Shown: in pieces, positions 28,281 through 37,453 of the stretch
How the letters are laid out: each line of letters begins with the position of its first letter
How positions within the stretch are numbered: position 1 is the stretch's first letter
Source of the DNA: Alphaproteobacteria bacterium
Lineage (GTDB): Bacteria; Pseudomonadota; Alphaproteobacteria; MPNO01
Length of the DNA stretch: 64,000 bases
Assembly (NCBI GenBank): GCA_965248835.1
Contig: CBDFLJ010000002.1
Coordinates: 416,001-480,000 of the forward strand
Reading direction: 5' to 3'
Notes under the pieces: generated by a model
The model's input: only the letters and a program-made list of their open reading frames with translations
The model's database searches: none
Told to the model about the DNA's origin: nothing
Translations under genes and position numbers: made by a program

Positions 28281-30466
28281 GACGCGGCTCCGGCGCCGTT
28301 CACGCCGGCGCCGTTGACCGGCACGCCGTTCCGCGCGCCTGCCATCGCGCCGATGAAGCGCCTGCGCGAGCGGTCGAGGAAGCGGTCGATCCGCGAGGGG
28401 TTCTGGACGATGTCGGCCTTGTAGAAGGACGGGCACAGCACCGCGGCATCGGCCACTTCGCCGCACAGCCCGCAACCGACGCAGCTGTTGTTGACATGGG
28501 CGATCGGGTCCTTGCGCAGCGGGTCGGGGTTGGGCTTGATCGTCAGCGACGGGCAGCCCGACAGGCGGATGCAGGAGTGATCGCCGGTGCAGGTGTCCTC
28601 GTCGACGCCGAAGCGGGTACGCACCACCCGTTTGCCGGCGTCGAGCGCCTTCCTGACAAGCGGGCGCAAACGCCGCTGCTTGGCGATCTGGCACTCGGCC
28701 TCGGCGATGATGACCTTGAGGCCCTTCTCCTTGGTGGTCAGCGCCTCGTGCAGCAGCTTTTTCATCTTGCCGACCTTGTAGGTGTACTGTTTGCGCACCC
28801 AGGTCACGCCGAGCCCGCGGATGGCGCGCTCGATCGGCATCACGGTGTCGGCCCCGACGGTGCCGCCGGCCGTGGTCGAGGGCAGGTGCTGCTGGCCGGT
28901 GGCGGACGAATAGCCGTTGGCCATGATGATCAGCACCGAATCGTGCTTGTTGTAGGCCGCTCCGCCGATGCCGGTGGCGAGCCCGTTATGCCAGAACCCG
29001 CCGTCGCCCATGATCGAGACCGTGCGCTTTTCGAACTGCGGTGCGACGCCGGCCGATGACGCCAGCCCCAGCCCGTATCCGGTCACCGTGTTGCCCAACC
29101 CGAAAGGCGGCAGGGCCGCGAAGGTGTGGCAGCCGATGTCGGCGGAGATGTGGAACTCGCCCACGTCTTCTTCGCGCTGGACCAGCTTGATGGCGCTGAA
29201 CACCGGGCGTTCGGGGCAGCCGGTGCAGAACCCCGGCGGCCGCTTGGGGATCGGCGCGCCGAGCAGTTCGGCCGCCATCTCCTTGGTCCGGTCCAGGTCG
29301 GCGACCGCCGACGAGACCGGCGCCAGGTCGAGCCCGCGCGGCACCGAGCCTTCCATGAACCCGGCGAGCCCGCGCAGCATCACTTCGGCCTGGTACTCGC
29401 CCGCCTTGGGGAGGAGGCCCTTGCCATGGATCTCGGTGTTCAGGTCGGCCTTGCGCAGGAGCGCGTTGATCGCCTGCTCCAGGTAGTCCGGGAAACCCTC
29501 CTCGACGATCAGCACCGCGCGCTTGCCCGCGCAGAAGGCGGCGATCTCGTCATCGACCAGCGGATAGGTGACGTTGAGGCACAGGATCGGCACCTTGGCC
29601 TCGCCGAAGACATCGGCCATGCCGAGCTGCTGCAGGCCGCGGATGACCGAGTTGAACAGCCCGCCCTGGCAAATGATGCCGACATCGTCGAGCGGGCCGT
29701 CGAAGACCTCGTTCAGCTTGTGTTCGCGGATGAACGCGATCGCTGCAGGGAAGCGCTCGTCGATCTTCTGTTTTTCCTGAATATAGGTGGCCGGCGGCAG
29801 CGCGATCCGGTCGAGGTTGAAATCCGGTTTGGGCAACGGCCGGTTGGTCGAATACGTGCCCTGCTTGTTGTCCCTGGTGGCGAACCGGCCGGTGACGTGG
29901 CAGGCGCGGATGCGGAACTCGACCATCACCGGGGTGTGCGAGGCCTCGGAAAGCTCGAAGCCCTTTTCGATCAGGTCGACCACGCGGGGATGGCCGGGCC
30001 TCGGGTCCATCAGCCAGATCGAGCATTTCATCGCAAAGGCGTGGGTGCGCTCCTGGATGATCGAGGAGCCTTCGCCGTAGTCCTCGCCCAGAATGATCAG
30101 CGCGCCGCCGGTCACCCCGGCCGAGGCGATGTTGGACAGCGCATCGGCGGCCACGTTGGTACCGACGGTCGACTTCCATGTCACCGCGCCCCGGATCGGG
30201 TAGTTGACCGAGGCGGCCAGCATCGCGGCCGCCGCGGCCTCGTTGGCGCAGACCTCGGTATGGACGCCGAGCTCGGCCATCAGGCCCTTGGAATCCGAGG
30301 TCAGGACGTCCATCAGGTGCGAGACCGGCGCGCCCTGGTAGCCGCCGACATAGCTCACGCCGGACTGCAGCAGGGCCTTGGTGATCGCAAGGATCCCTTC
30401 GCCCTCGAAATACTCGCCTTCACCCTTTCTCAAGAGCTCGACTTCTTTCGCAAATGTCCGTTCCAT
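28277..30466 (-). CDS. iorA: Indolepyruvate:ferredoxin oxidoreductase alpha subunit
   Basis: GYQGAP, RPPGFCTGCPER, TPP motif MGDGGFWHNG, C-terminal ferredoxin cysteines. Confidence 0.92.
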   Translation of the reverse strand: MERTFAKEVELLRKGEGEYFEGEGILAITKALLQSGVSYVGGYQGAPVSHLMDVLTSDSKGLMAELGVHTEVCANEAAAAAMLAASVNYPIRGAVTWKSTVGTNVAADALSNIASAGVTGGALIILGEDYGEGSSIIQERTHAFAMKCSIWLMDPRPGHPRVVDLIEKGFELSEASHTPVMVEFRIRACHVTGRFATRDNKQGTYSTNRPLPKPDFNLDRIALPPATYIQEKQKIDERFPAAIAFIREHKLNEVFDGPLDDVGIICQGGLFNSVIRGLQQLGMADVFGEAKVPILCLNVTYPLVDDEIAAFCAGKRAVLIVEEGFPDYLEQAINALLRKADLNTEIHGKGLLPKAGEYQAEVMLRGLAGFMEGSVPRGLDLAPVSSAVADLDRTKEMAAELLGAPIPKRPPGFCTGCPERPVFSAIKLVQREEDVGEFHISADIGCHTFAALPPFGLGNTVTGYGLGLASSAGVAPQFEKRTVSIMGDGGFWHNGLATGIGGAAYNKHDSVLIIMANGYSSATGQQHLPSTTAGGTVGADTVMPIERAIRGLGVTWVRKQYTYKVGKMKKLLHEALTTKEKGLKVIIAEAECQIAKQRRLRPLVRKALDAGKRVVRTRFGVDEDTCTGDHSCIRLSGCPSLTIKPNPDPLRKDPIAHVNNSCVGCGLCGEVADAAVLCPSFYKADIVQNPSRIDRFLDRSRRRFIGAMAGARNGVPVNGAGVNGAGAAS

Positions 30467-30521
30467 GGCGTGTCTCCGCTCGCCCGAGGTCTTCCATCCC
30501 TACAATAGCGGCATTCGCCCG

Positions 30522-32549
30522 CTAAAGCACCACCAGCGCATCGAGCGCGATCAGTCCGTCCGGATAGGCGCGGACCGGGTTGAGGTCGAGCTCGACGATC
30601 TCAGGACGCGCGGCGATCAGGGCCGCGACCGCCAGCACCGCGCCGACGATCGCCGCCCGGTCCGGCGCCGCCGCGCCGCGCCAAGGGCCGAACAGCGCCC
30701 GGCCTGCCAGGCTGCCGATCATCTCCTCGACATCATCCTCGCCGAGCGGAGCCAGACGGATGGCCGCATCGCCCATGGCCTCGGCCGCGGTGCCGCCGAG
30801 CCCGAGCAGCACCGTTGGACCGAAGCTCGGATCGTTGCGCGCCCCGATGATCAGCTCGAGGCCGGGCGGCGCCATCTCCTCGATCAGGTAGCGCTCCCCC
30901 GCGATCGCGTCGAGCGCCCGGACAAGGGCGTCTTCGGTCTCGATCCCCAAATGAACGCCGCCGGCCTCGGTCTTGTGGGTGATTCGGGGATCGAGCACCT
31001 TGGCAACCACCGGTTTCCCGAGCGCCCGGAACGCGGCCAGCGCCTCGCTGCGGCCGATGCAGGCCCGGCGCTTGGGGACCGCAATGCCGCAGCGGGCGAT
31101 CAGCGTCTTCGCGGCGTCTTCGTCGAGCGGGCCGCTGCCGGGCGGCGGGACGTCTATCCCATCGGCCGGTGCCGGCCTCGCGCGGGCACGCGCGCGGGCA
31201 TCCTCGGCCACGGCGCGCATCGCCCGTGCGGCGCGGTCCGGTGCCGCCAGCGCCGGGATCCCCGCCGCGCGCAGCCCGCCGATAACCGCGGCGATCCGCT
31301 CGGGAACCCCGCTGGTGCCAAAGACCATGGGCCGGGCGCGGTCTTTGCGCGCCGCGGTAAAGGCCGAAACCGGATCGAGCGTCGCATCCTCGATCAGCGC
31401 GTAGCACAGCACCGCATCGATTGCCGGATCTCCGGCAACCAGCCGAAGCACCTCGCCGAAGCCCTCGCCCGGCCGGCCGGTGTCGACGGGGTTGCCCATA
31501 TAGGTCAGCGGCGGCAGGTGGGCCGCGATTCGCTTGACCGTTGCCGTCGCCAGGTCCGGGATGCGCAGACCGGCGGCATTCAGCGTGTCTGTCATCAACA
31601 GGCCCGGCCCGGCCTGCGCGGTCAGGATGCCGATCCCCGGGTCGCGGTCGGGCGCGAGCCGTACCAGCGACAGGGCGTGCGCGGCATCGAGAGCATCGGC
31701 AAGCCCGTCGACCACCACCGCGCCGGCCTGGACAAGCGCCGAGCGTGTGAGCGCGTGGCTGCCCATAAGGGTGCCGGTATGGGATCGGGCGAACCGGCCG
31801 AGATCGGTCTTGCCGACCGGCAGGGCGATCACCGGCTTGACGGCGGTGGCCGCCGCGACCGCCTCGAACAACGCCCTGCCGTCGGCGACGCCTTCGAGGT
31901 GGAGGACGATCGCCCGCGTCTGGGAATCCTCCGCCAGGTAGCCGATCGCCTCGGCCGCGCCCACGTCGGCCGCGTTGCCCAATCCCGCGGCCAGGCTGAT
32001 GCCGAGCCCCTCGGCATGGGCCATCAACGCGAGCGTGAGGTTGATCCCGCCGGACTGGGCGATGATCCCGATCGGCCCCGGGCCGATCTCGACCGCCGCC
32101 GGCAGGAAGGTGCAGGCAAGCCCGCGGGCAGGCCGCAGAAACCCCGACGTGTTGGGTCCGAGCAGCCGCACATTGCCGGCGCGGCACGCGGCCAGTACTT
32201 TGGCCTGCAGGCCGGCCCCGTCGGCGCCGGTCTCGCCGAACCCGCCGCTGACCAGGAACGCGGCGCCCGCACCGATCGCGGCGGCTTCTTCGATCACCGC
32301 GACGGAATGCCGGGCGGGCAGGACAAGCGCCACCAGATCGACCGGCCCCGGCACCTCCGAAAGGCGGGTAAGGACGCGGCGGCCCAGGATCTCTCCGCCG
32401 CGCGGGTTGATCGGGTAGACCGTACCGTCAAAGGCCTCCAACGCCTTGAGGATCTGGAAGCCCGCCTTGTCTTCGGATGAGGAGGCGCCGACGACCGCGA
32501 TCGAGGCGGGATCGAACAGCCGTGCGAGTGCACCGGACGGTGCGGCCAT
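30522..32549 (-). CDS. ADP-forming acyl-CoA synthetase (acetate-CoA ligase family, fused alpha/beta)
   Basis: GPN, QSGG, phospho-His SHTG, NPVD, HKTEAGGV, ELDLNP. Confidence 0.92.
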   Translation of the reverse strand: MAAPSGALARLFDPASIAVVGASSSEDKAGFQILKALEAFDGTVYPINPRGGEILGRRVLTRLSEVPGPVDLVALVLPARHSVAVIEEAAAIGAGAAFLVSGGFGETGADGAGLQAKVLAACRAGNVRLLGPNTSGFLRPARGLACTFLPAAVEIGPGPIGIIAQSGGINLTLALMAHAEGLGISLAAGLGNAADVGAAEAIGYLAEDSQTRAIVLHLEGVADGRALFEAVAAATAVKPVIALPVGKTDLGRFARSHTGTLMGSHALTRSALVQAGAVVVDGLADALDAAHALSLVRLAPDRDPGIGILTAQAGPGLLMTDTLNAAGLRIPDLATATVKRIAAHLPPLTYMGNPVDTGRPGEGFGEVLRLVAGDPAIDAVLCYALIEDATLDPVSAFTAARKDRARPMVFGTSGVPERIAAVIGGLRAAGIPALAAPDRAARAMRAVAEDARARARARPAPADGIDVPPPGSGPLDEDAAKTLIARCGIAVPKRRACIGRSEALAAFRALGKPVVAKVLDPRITHKTEAGGVHLGIETEDALVRALDAIAGERYLIEEMAPPGLELIIGARNDPSFGPTVLLGLGGTAAEAMGDAAIRLAPLGEDDVEEMIGSLAGRALFGPWRGAAAPDRAAIVGAVLAVAALIAARPEIVELDLNPVRAYPDGLIALDALVVL

Positions 32550-32553
32550 TGCC

Positions 32554-32964
32554 TCAGGTTTCCTTATCCGGCGGCTCGGTGCCGGTTTCCCGCTTGCCCA
32601 GCGCTTCGCGCGCCCGCTCGCGGTGCTCGGCTCTGAGGTTGCCGCCGATCGCCTTGATCGCGGCGACCAGCACGGCGGCATCGTCGGTGAAGCCAAGACC
32701 GGCGATGAAGTCCGGGATCACGTCCGCCGGGATGACGAAATAGGCCACCGCGCCCATCAGCACCGCCTTGACGTAGAGCGGCGTCTTTGCATCGACCGCG
32801 CAGTAATAGGCCGCAAACGCATCCTCGACGAACGGCACCTTGCCGAGCGTGGCGCGGATCTTGTCCATCAGACCACGCTCGACGATCGCTTCGTCGTGGG
32901 CGAGCTTATCGAGGTCGACGGGGAGGTTCTCGTTATCGGAATCGGTGCGGGTCACGCGTGTCAT
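32554..32964 (-). CDS. YkvA/DUF1232 membrane protein
   Basis: AYFVIPADVIPDFIAGLGFTDD. Confidence 0.9.
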   Translation of the reverse strand: MTRVTRTDSDNENLPVDLDKLAHDEAIVERGLMDKIRATLGKVPFVEDAFAAYYCAVDAKTPLYVKAVLMGAVAYFVIPADVIPDFIAGLGFTDDAAVLVAAIKAIGGNLRAEHRERAREALGKRETGTEPPDKET

Positions 32965-33001
32965 ATGGGACCGACCTGCGGGGACCGCCATAGGCCGGCC
33001 C

Positions 33002-35140
33002 TCAGTCCGTGTAGTCGCCCCAGAACGCCTTGTCGTAGGTTTCCTGACGAGGCTCCGGCCAGTTTCCGTAGAACTCCAGGATGTCCGGGCGCGGGCGGCG
33101 CTTGCGCCAGGTCTCGATGAAAATATCGAACGGCTGGGCGGCCTTGAGGCGCTTGCGGCGCTCGGCGGCGCGCCAGGACGCGGTTTTGGCGTGGTTCAGC
33201 GTGCCGGTCTCGGAATCGATGGCGACGCGGTAGATCGTCTTCGCAATCTCCATCGTGATGGTCTCCTCGCGCCAGTCCTCGAGCACCGCATCGGGGTCGC
33301 GTTCGAGCACGTCGCCATAGCCGCCGGCGGCACCGACGCTGTGGACGATCATGTCGCCTTCCTCGAAGACCTCTGCGTTCCTGGCCGAGGACGTCAAGAT
33401 GTAATCTCCGGCGATCTCCTGTTTGGTCAGGAGGTCGTACTGGCCGATCGCCGGCTGACTGCCCGCGCGGAGCTGGTCGTAGACGTCGGAGTTGCGGATC
33501 ACGATGCGCGGGTTGGGCGGGCCGGCGTAGCCGCCGAACAGGCCGTAGTTGAAGCTGAGCTTGTCGCAGCTTCCCCAGCTCGAGACCGCGCAGGGCTCAT
33601 CGCCGCACACCGAGGCGATCTCGACCAGCGGCGTTCCGCCGCGGTACTTGCCGAAGCCGTGGAAATTCTTGTCGAGCTTGCGTGAGAGGATGAAATGGGG
33701 CTGACGCTCGTCCATCTCCTCGACCTCGCCGGCATCGGCCCAAGGCGCCCAGTAGAAGCCCAGCGCCGGCTCGCCGTCCATGTCGTAGCGCCCGCCGCCG
33801 CCGGCCGAGTTGGCGGTCCCGCTGATATTGGCCGAGAAATAGCCGCGCCGGTTGATGCCGGCGAAGACGGGCTGGACGAAATTGCGCGAATGGGGCGCCT
33901 GCACCGCCTCGCGATAGGGGCTGGCGAACATCATCTTGGCGCCGACCATGTACATGTTCTGGGTCACGAACGAGCAGACATGGTTGGCCAGGCCGTGGGC
34001 CAGCTCGTCGCCGGAGTTCATGATCGAGGGGCCCTCGACGTAATAGGTAATCGGCTCCAGGAGCCCTGCATTGGGCGCGATCCCGCGGAAGAAGTACGAG
34101 AAAAGGTAGACCGCGGTCGCGGCCCGGCTGAGATGCCAGGTCGAGTGATAGGGCCCCTTGCCGTTTTCGGGCGAGACGCCCTGGAGCAGGACGGTCATCT
34201 CGTCGCCTTCCTTGAAGACCGTCACCGGGATCCGGGTGAGGCCGAAGAAGGTGCCGTTCTCGTCGTTGAACAGGATCGAGCGGTAGATGCCGTCATTGAT
34301 CTCCAGGAGCCGCGCCCGCGCATCGGCCTCACCTTTGATCAGCAGCTTGCGCATCCCGCCGACGACCGCCTCCACGCCTCGCTTCTCGACCTCGCGGACA
34401 AGCCGGTTGCGCATCTGGAACAGCGTCGCCAGGCGCGACTTGAGATCGACGGTGAAGATGAAGCCGTTGCGCACCGCGCCGGCCATGTAGTCGAGGATGT
34501 CCTGGCGGAGCTGGAAGTTGCGCCCGATGCGCACGCACGGCATGTGGAAGCCTTCCTCGTAGCGCGAGGTCGCGGTCGGCGCGAAGCCGCCGGGTGTGAT
34601 CGAGCCGGTCTCGCCCTGATGGCCGCCGACCTCGACCCAGGCGATCAGCTCTCCCTGCCAGAAGACCGGCATGGCCGCGAACATGTCGAAGTTGTGCACC
34701 CCGCCGGCCAGCTCCTCGTTGAAGAAGAACATGTCGCCGTCGGCCAGCCCGACCGAGGGGTCATCGCGGTAGTATTTCAGGATGTATTTGAGCTGGGCGT
34801 TGTTGAGCAGCGTGTGGAAATAGATCCCCGTGCCCACCACCACCGGATCGCCGGCGGCGGTGAACATGCCGCAGTTCATGTCGCCCAGCATCGCGCCCTC
34901 GGAGATCGACAGCGCGGTGTAGACATCGCGCGCCTCTTCGACGATCGAGGTGAGCTTGTGGGTGAGCAGGTCGAGTTCGACCTCGGTCAGCCTCTCCATC
35001 CCGCGGCGCTCGATTTCGGTGACCGGGGCCAGCCCCTGGCGGATCAGGTCCGGATCGCAGCCCGGCCGCTTGTCGTAGACATCGCGGTCGTAGATCAGCT
35101 CGTCGGAAAGCCGCGCATGGGTGTCGAATAGCCGGCCCAT
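33002..35140 (-). CDS. Hydantoinase B family protein, acetone/acetophenone carboxylase alpha-like
   Basis: TGIYFH, GDMFFFNE..GGVHNFD, PVFWQGELIAW..GH, GFGKYRGG, GGYGDVLERDP. Confidence 0.82.
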   Translation of the reverse strand: MGRLFDTHARLSDELIYDRDVYDKRPGCDPDLIRQGLAPVTEIERRGMERLTEVELDLLTHKLTSIVEEARDVYTALSISEGAMLGDMNCGMFTAAGDPVVVGTGIYFHTLLNNAQLKYILKYYRDDPSVGLADGDMFFFNEELAGGVHNFDMFAAMPVFWQGELIAWVEVGGHQGETGSITPGGFAPTATSRYEEGFHMPCVRIGRNFQLRQDILDYMAGAVRNGFIFTVDLKSRLATLFQMRNRLVREVEKRGVEAVVGGMRKLLIKGEADARARLLEINDGIYRSILFNDENGTFFGLTRIPVTVFKEGDEMTVLLQGVSPENGKGPYHSTWHLSRAATAVYLFSYFFRGIAPNAGLLEPITYYVEGPSIMNSGDELAHGLANHVCSFVTQNMYMVGAKMMFASPYREAVQAPHSRNFVQPVFAGINRRGYFSANISGTANSAGGGGRYDMDGEPALGFYWAPWADAGEVEEMDERQPHFILSRKLDKNFHGFGKYRGGTPLVEIASVCGDEPCAVSSWGSCDKLSFNYGLFGGYAGPPNPRIVIRNSDVYDQLRAGSQPAIGQYDLLTKQEIAGDYILTSSARNAEVFEEGDMIVHSVGAAGGYGDVLERDPDAVLEDWREETITMEIAKTIYRVAIDSETGTLNHAKTASWRAAERRKRLKAAQPFDIFIETWRKRRPRPDILEFYGNWPEPRQETYDKAFWGDYTD

Positions 35141-35197
35141 CGTCCCCTCCGCCGGTTGATGCCGCGAAGCCTATAACGGATGGGCCGAATACACGAA

Positions 35198-35225
35198 ACG
35201 CCCCGGCGCGGATGCGCCGGGGCGT
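35198..35225 (-). terminator. Likely intrinsic terminator after the Bug gene
   Basis: Perfect 12-bp stem ACGCCCCGGCGC/GCGCCGGGGCGT with a 4-nt loop; T-rich tail TTCGTGTATT on the minus strand. Confidence 0.6.
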
Positions 35226-35248
35226 ACTCTCGGTCTCCGGCGGCCGCG

Positions 35249-36274
35249 CTATTTGGCCGTGCCGAACAATATTTCACGCGCCTTGGCGACGATCGCGGGC
35301 GGAGCCTTGAGGTTCGCGGCGACGATGCGTTGGATTTCCTCGCCGGTCGAGGACGTGACCTCGATCTTGCTTTTCTTCATCTCGGCGATGAAGGCGGGTT
35401 TCTTGACGACCTGCGCGAATGCCGCGCGCAGGAACGCGACCCGGTCGGCCGGCACGCCGGGCGGGAAGGCGAGGCTGCGCCCGATCGAGACCAGGGTTGA
35501 CATGAACCCGACCATCGGCCGGTCGGCGGGATCGACCAGGTTGCGCAGCAGCGGAACCTTCGGATGTTCGGGCTCCGGGCTCGGCCCCATCTGGATCAGC
35601 GGGATGGCGTAGCCGCTGTCGAACCAGGCCTTGCGGTTGGTCTTGAAGGCGAGCCAGGTCAGGTTGATGCCGGCGACTTCGCCTTGTTCCATCGCCAGCA
35701 GCATCTTGCGCGAGCCGCGATAGCCCTTGACGATCTTGATCCTGGTCTTCAGCAAGCCGTTCATCAGCGCCGGGATCTGGTAGGTTTGCGAGCCCAGGCC
35801 CGATGAGGCGAACGGCGCCTCCTTGGTCTTGAGGTCCTCCCAGGACGCGATTCCGGAATCCTTGCGGATCACCATCAGCGAGTTGCTGCGCACCGCACCG
35901 CCCAGGAAGGTGAACTTGTCGGACTTGTACTTCGCCTTGCCGGGCCGCAGGAGCTCGGTGATCACCAGCGTGTCGGGCGGCATGAGGATGACCGAACCGT
36001 CCTTCGGCGCGACGTTGTAGGCATAGTTGGTCATCTTCAGGCCGCCGGCGCCGGGCATCGACTGGGCGATGACCGAGGCCGCGCCGATAACGTCCCTGAG
36101 GTGGTTTCCCAGCGCCGTCGAGCTCTTGCCGTAGGTGCCGCCGACGCCGTAGCCCTGGATGATCTTGACCGTCCGGTCTTTGTAGAACTCCGCCGGCGAC
36201 ATCGCCGCGGCGGCGCCGGCGGCCATTGCGCCGATCGCGGTCAGTGCGGCGGCTCTCAAAATCGTTCTGCTCAT
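35249..36274 (-). CDS. Bug/TctC tripartite tricarboxylate transporter substrate-binding protein
   Basis: Signal peptide, MPGAGG, APKDG, GYRGS..AMEQGEV, PPGVPADRV. Confidence 0.9.
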   Translation of the reverse strand: MSRTILRAAALTAIGAMAAGAAAAMSPAEFYKDRTVKIIQGYGVGGTYGKSSTALGNHLRDVIGAASVIAQSMPGAGGLKMTNYAYNVAPKDGSVILMPPDTLVITELLRPGKAKYKSDKFTFLGGAVRSNSLMVIRKDSGIASWEDLKTKEAPFASSGLGSQTYQIPALMNGLLKTRIKIVKGYRGSRKMLLAMEQGEVAGINLTWLAFKTNRKAWFDSGYAIPLIQMGPSPEPEHPKVPLLRNLVDPADRPMVGFMSTLVSIGRSLAFPPGVPADRVAFLRAAFAQVVKKPAFIAEMKKSKIEVTSSTGEEIQRIVAANLKAPPAIVAKAREILFGTAK

Positions 36275-36353
36275 CGGTCCTATCGACCTCCCTGGCTCAT
36301 GAACGCGGTTGGTTGTTTCCCGTCCGCTATCAGAACAGATTTCAGGCTCTGCC

Positions 36354-36803
36354 TCAATCGCGCCGTCCGGTGAGGAGTTGCCTCATTTTGATGTGGGCGA
36401 TGCCTGCCTCATCGAATGGCGGGCCATGGGCGACGAAGCCGAGGGCGGCATAGAAGTCCTCGGTCGCCGCTTGGGCGTGCAGCACCGCCGCGGCGGTGCC
36501 GGCCTCCTCCAGGTCGTCCAGAAGCCGGCGCATCAGGCGGGTTCCGATCCCGTTGCCGCGCAGCGGGGCGAGCACCGCGACACGCTCGATCTTCGCCTCG
36601 CCCGGCCCGATCGTCCTGACCCGCGCCGTGGCGACCGGCACGCCGTCGCGCCGGACCAGATAGTGCCGGCACGCGTTGTCGCGCCCGTCGATCTCAAGCC
36701 TCTCGGGCACCCCCTGTTCGGCGCAGAAGACCGCGCGCCTGATCGCGAACGCCGCTTCCAGCGCGGCCTCGCTGTCGGTCTCGCGGATGTCGATTTCGCT
36801 CAC
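36354..36803 (-). CDS. GNAT N-acetyltransferase (ElaA/YjcF-like)
   Basis: RRAVFCAEQGVP, RVAV..RGNGIG, LHAQ, FY..LGF, EAGIAH. Confidence 0.9.
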   Translation of the reverse strand: MSEIDIRETDSEAALEAAFAIRRAVFCAEQGVPERLEIDGRDNACRHYLVRRDGVPVATARVRTIGPGEAKIERVAVLAPLRGNGIGTRLMRRLLDDLEEAGTAAAVLHAQAATEDFYAALGFVAHGPPFDEAGIAHIKMRQLLTGRRD

Positions 36804-36895
36804 TTCACGGTCCGCCGGGCGTGGACCGGTCGATGCCGCCCCGTTATGGTCTGGCGCCGAGCCATAAGTGGATTAAAGCAGAGGGTTGCGAGGAA

Positions 36896-37453
36896 ATGAA
36901 GGTGTTCGCGTTCGCCGCGTCGGTCAGCAGGGAATCGGTCAACAAGCAGCTCCTGGAGGTTGCGCTCGGAATCGTCCAAGCCGCCGGCCACGCGGTCGAC
37001 CATGCCGATTTCCGCGAGTTCGACATGCCGCTGGTGGACGGCGACAAGGCAATGAGCGGCGATATTCCCGATGGCGCCAAAGCGCTTGCCGCGCGCATCC
37101 AGGCAGCCGATGCGTGGCTCCTCGCCAGCCCGGAATACAACTGGACCGTGCCCGGCACGATCAAGAACGCCGTCGATTGGCTGTCGCGGATGCAGCCCGT
37201 GCCGATCGACGGCAAATCGGTGCTGCTGCTCTCCGCCTCGCCGTCGCTGGTCGGCGGCTATCGCGGGCTGATGAACCTGCGGACCCCGCTGGAAGGTCTC
37301 GGCTGCTGGTGCTATCCCAAGAACTTCTCGCTGGCCCAGGCGCGCCAGGCCTATGACGATGACGGCAAGCTCAAGGACCCGGCGCTTGCGGCCATGCTCG
37401 AAGCGATGGTGACGGACTATCTGTCAGCCGCCGCGGCCCTCAATGCCCGCTGA
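36896..37453 (+). CDS. NAD(P)H-dependent FMN reductase
   Basis: S.S.ES.N, SPEYN, KNAVDWLSR, SASP..GG. Confidence 0.92.
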   Translation: MKVFAFAASVSRESVNKQLLEVALGIVQAAGHAVDHADFREFDMPLVDGDKAMSGDIPDGAKALAARIQAADAWLLASPEYNWTVPGTIKNAVDWLSRMQPVPIDGKSVLLLSASPSLVGGYRGLMNLRTPLEGLGCWCYPKNFSLAQARQAYDDDGKLKDPALAAMLEAMVTDYLSAAAALNAR

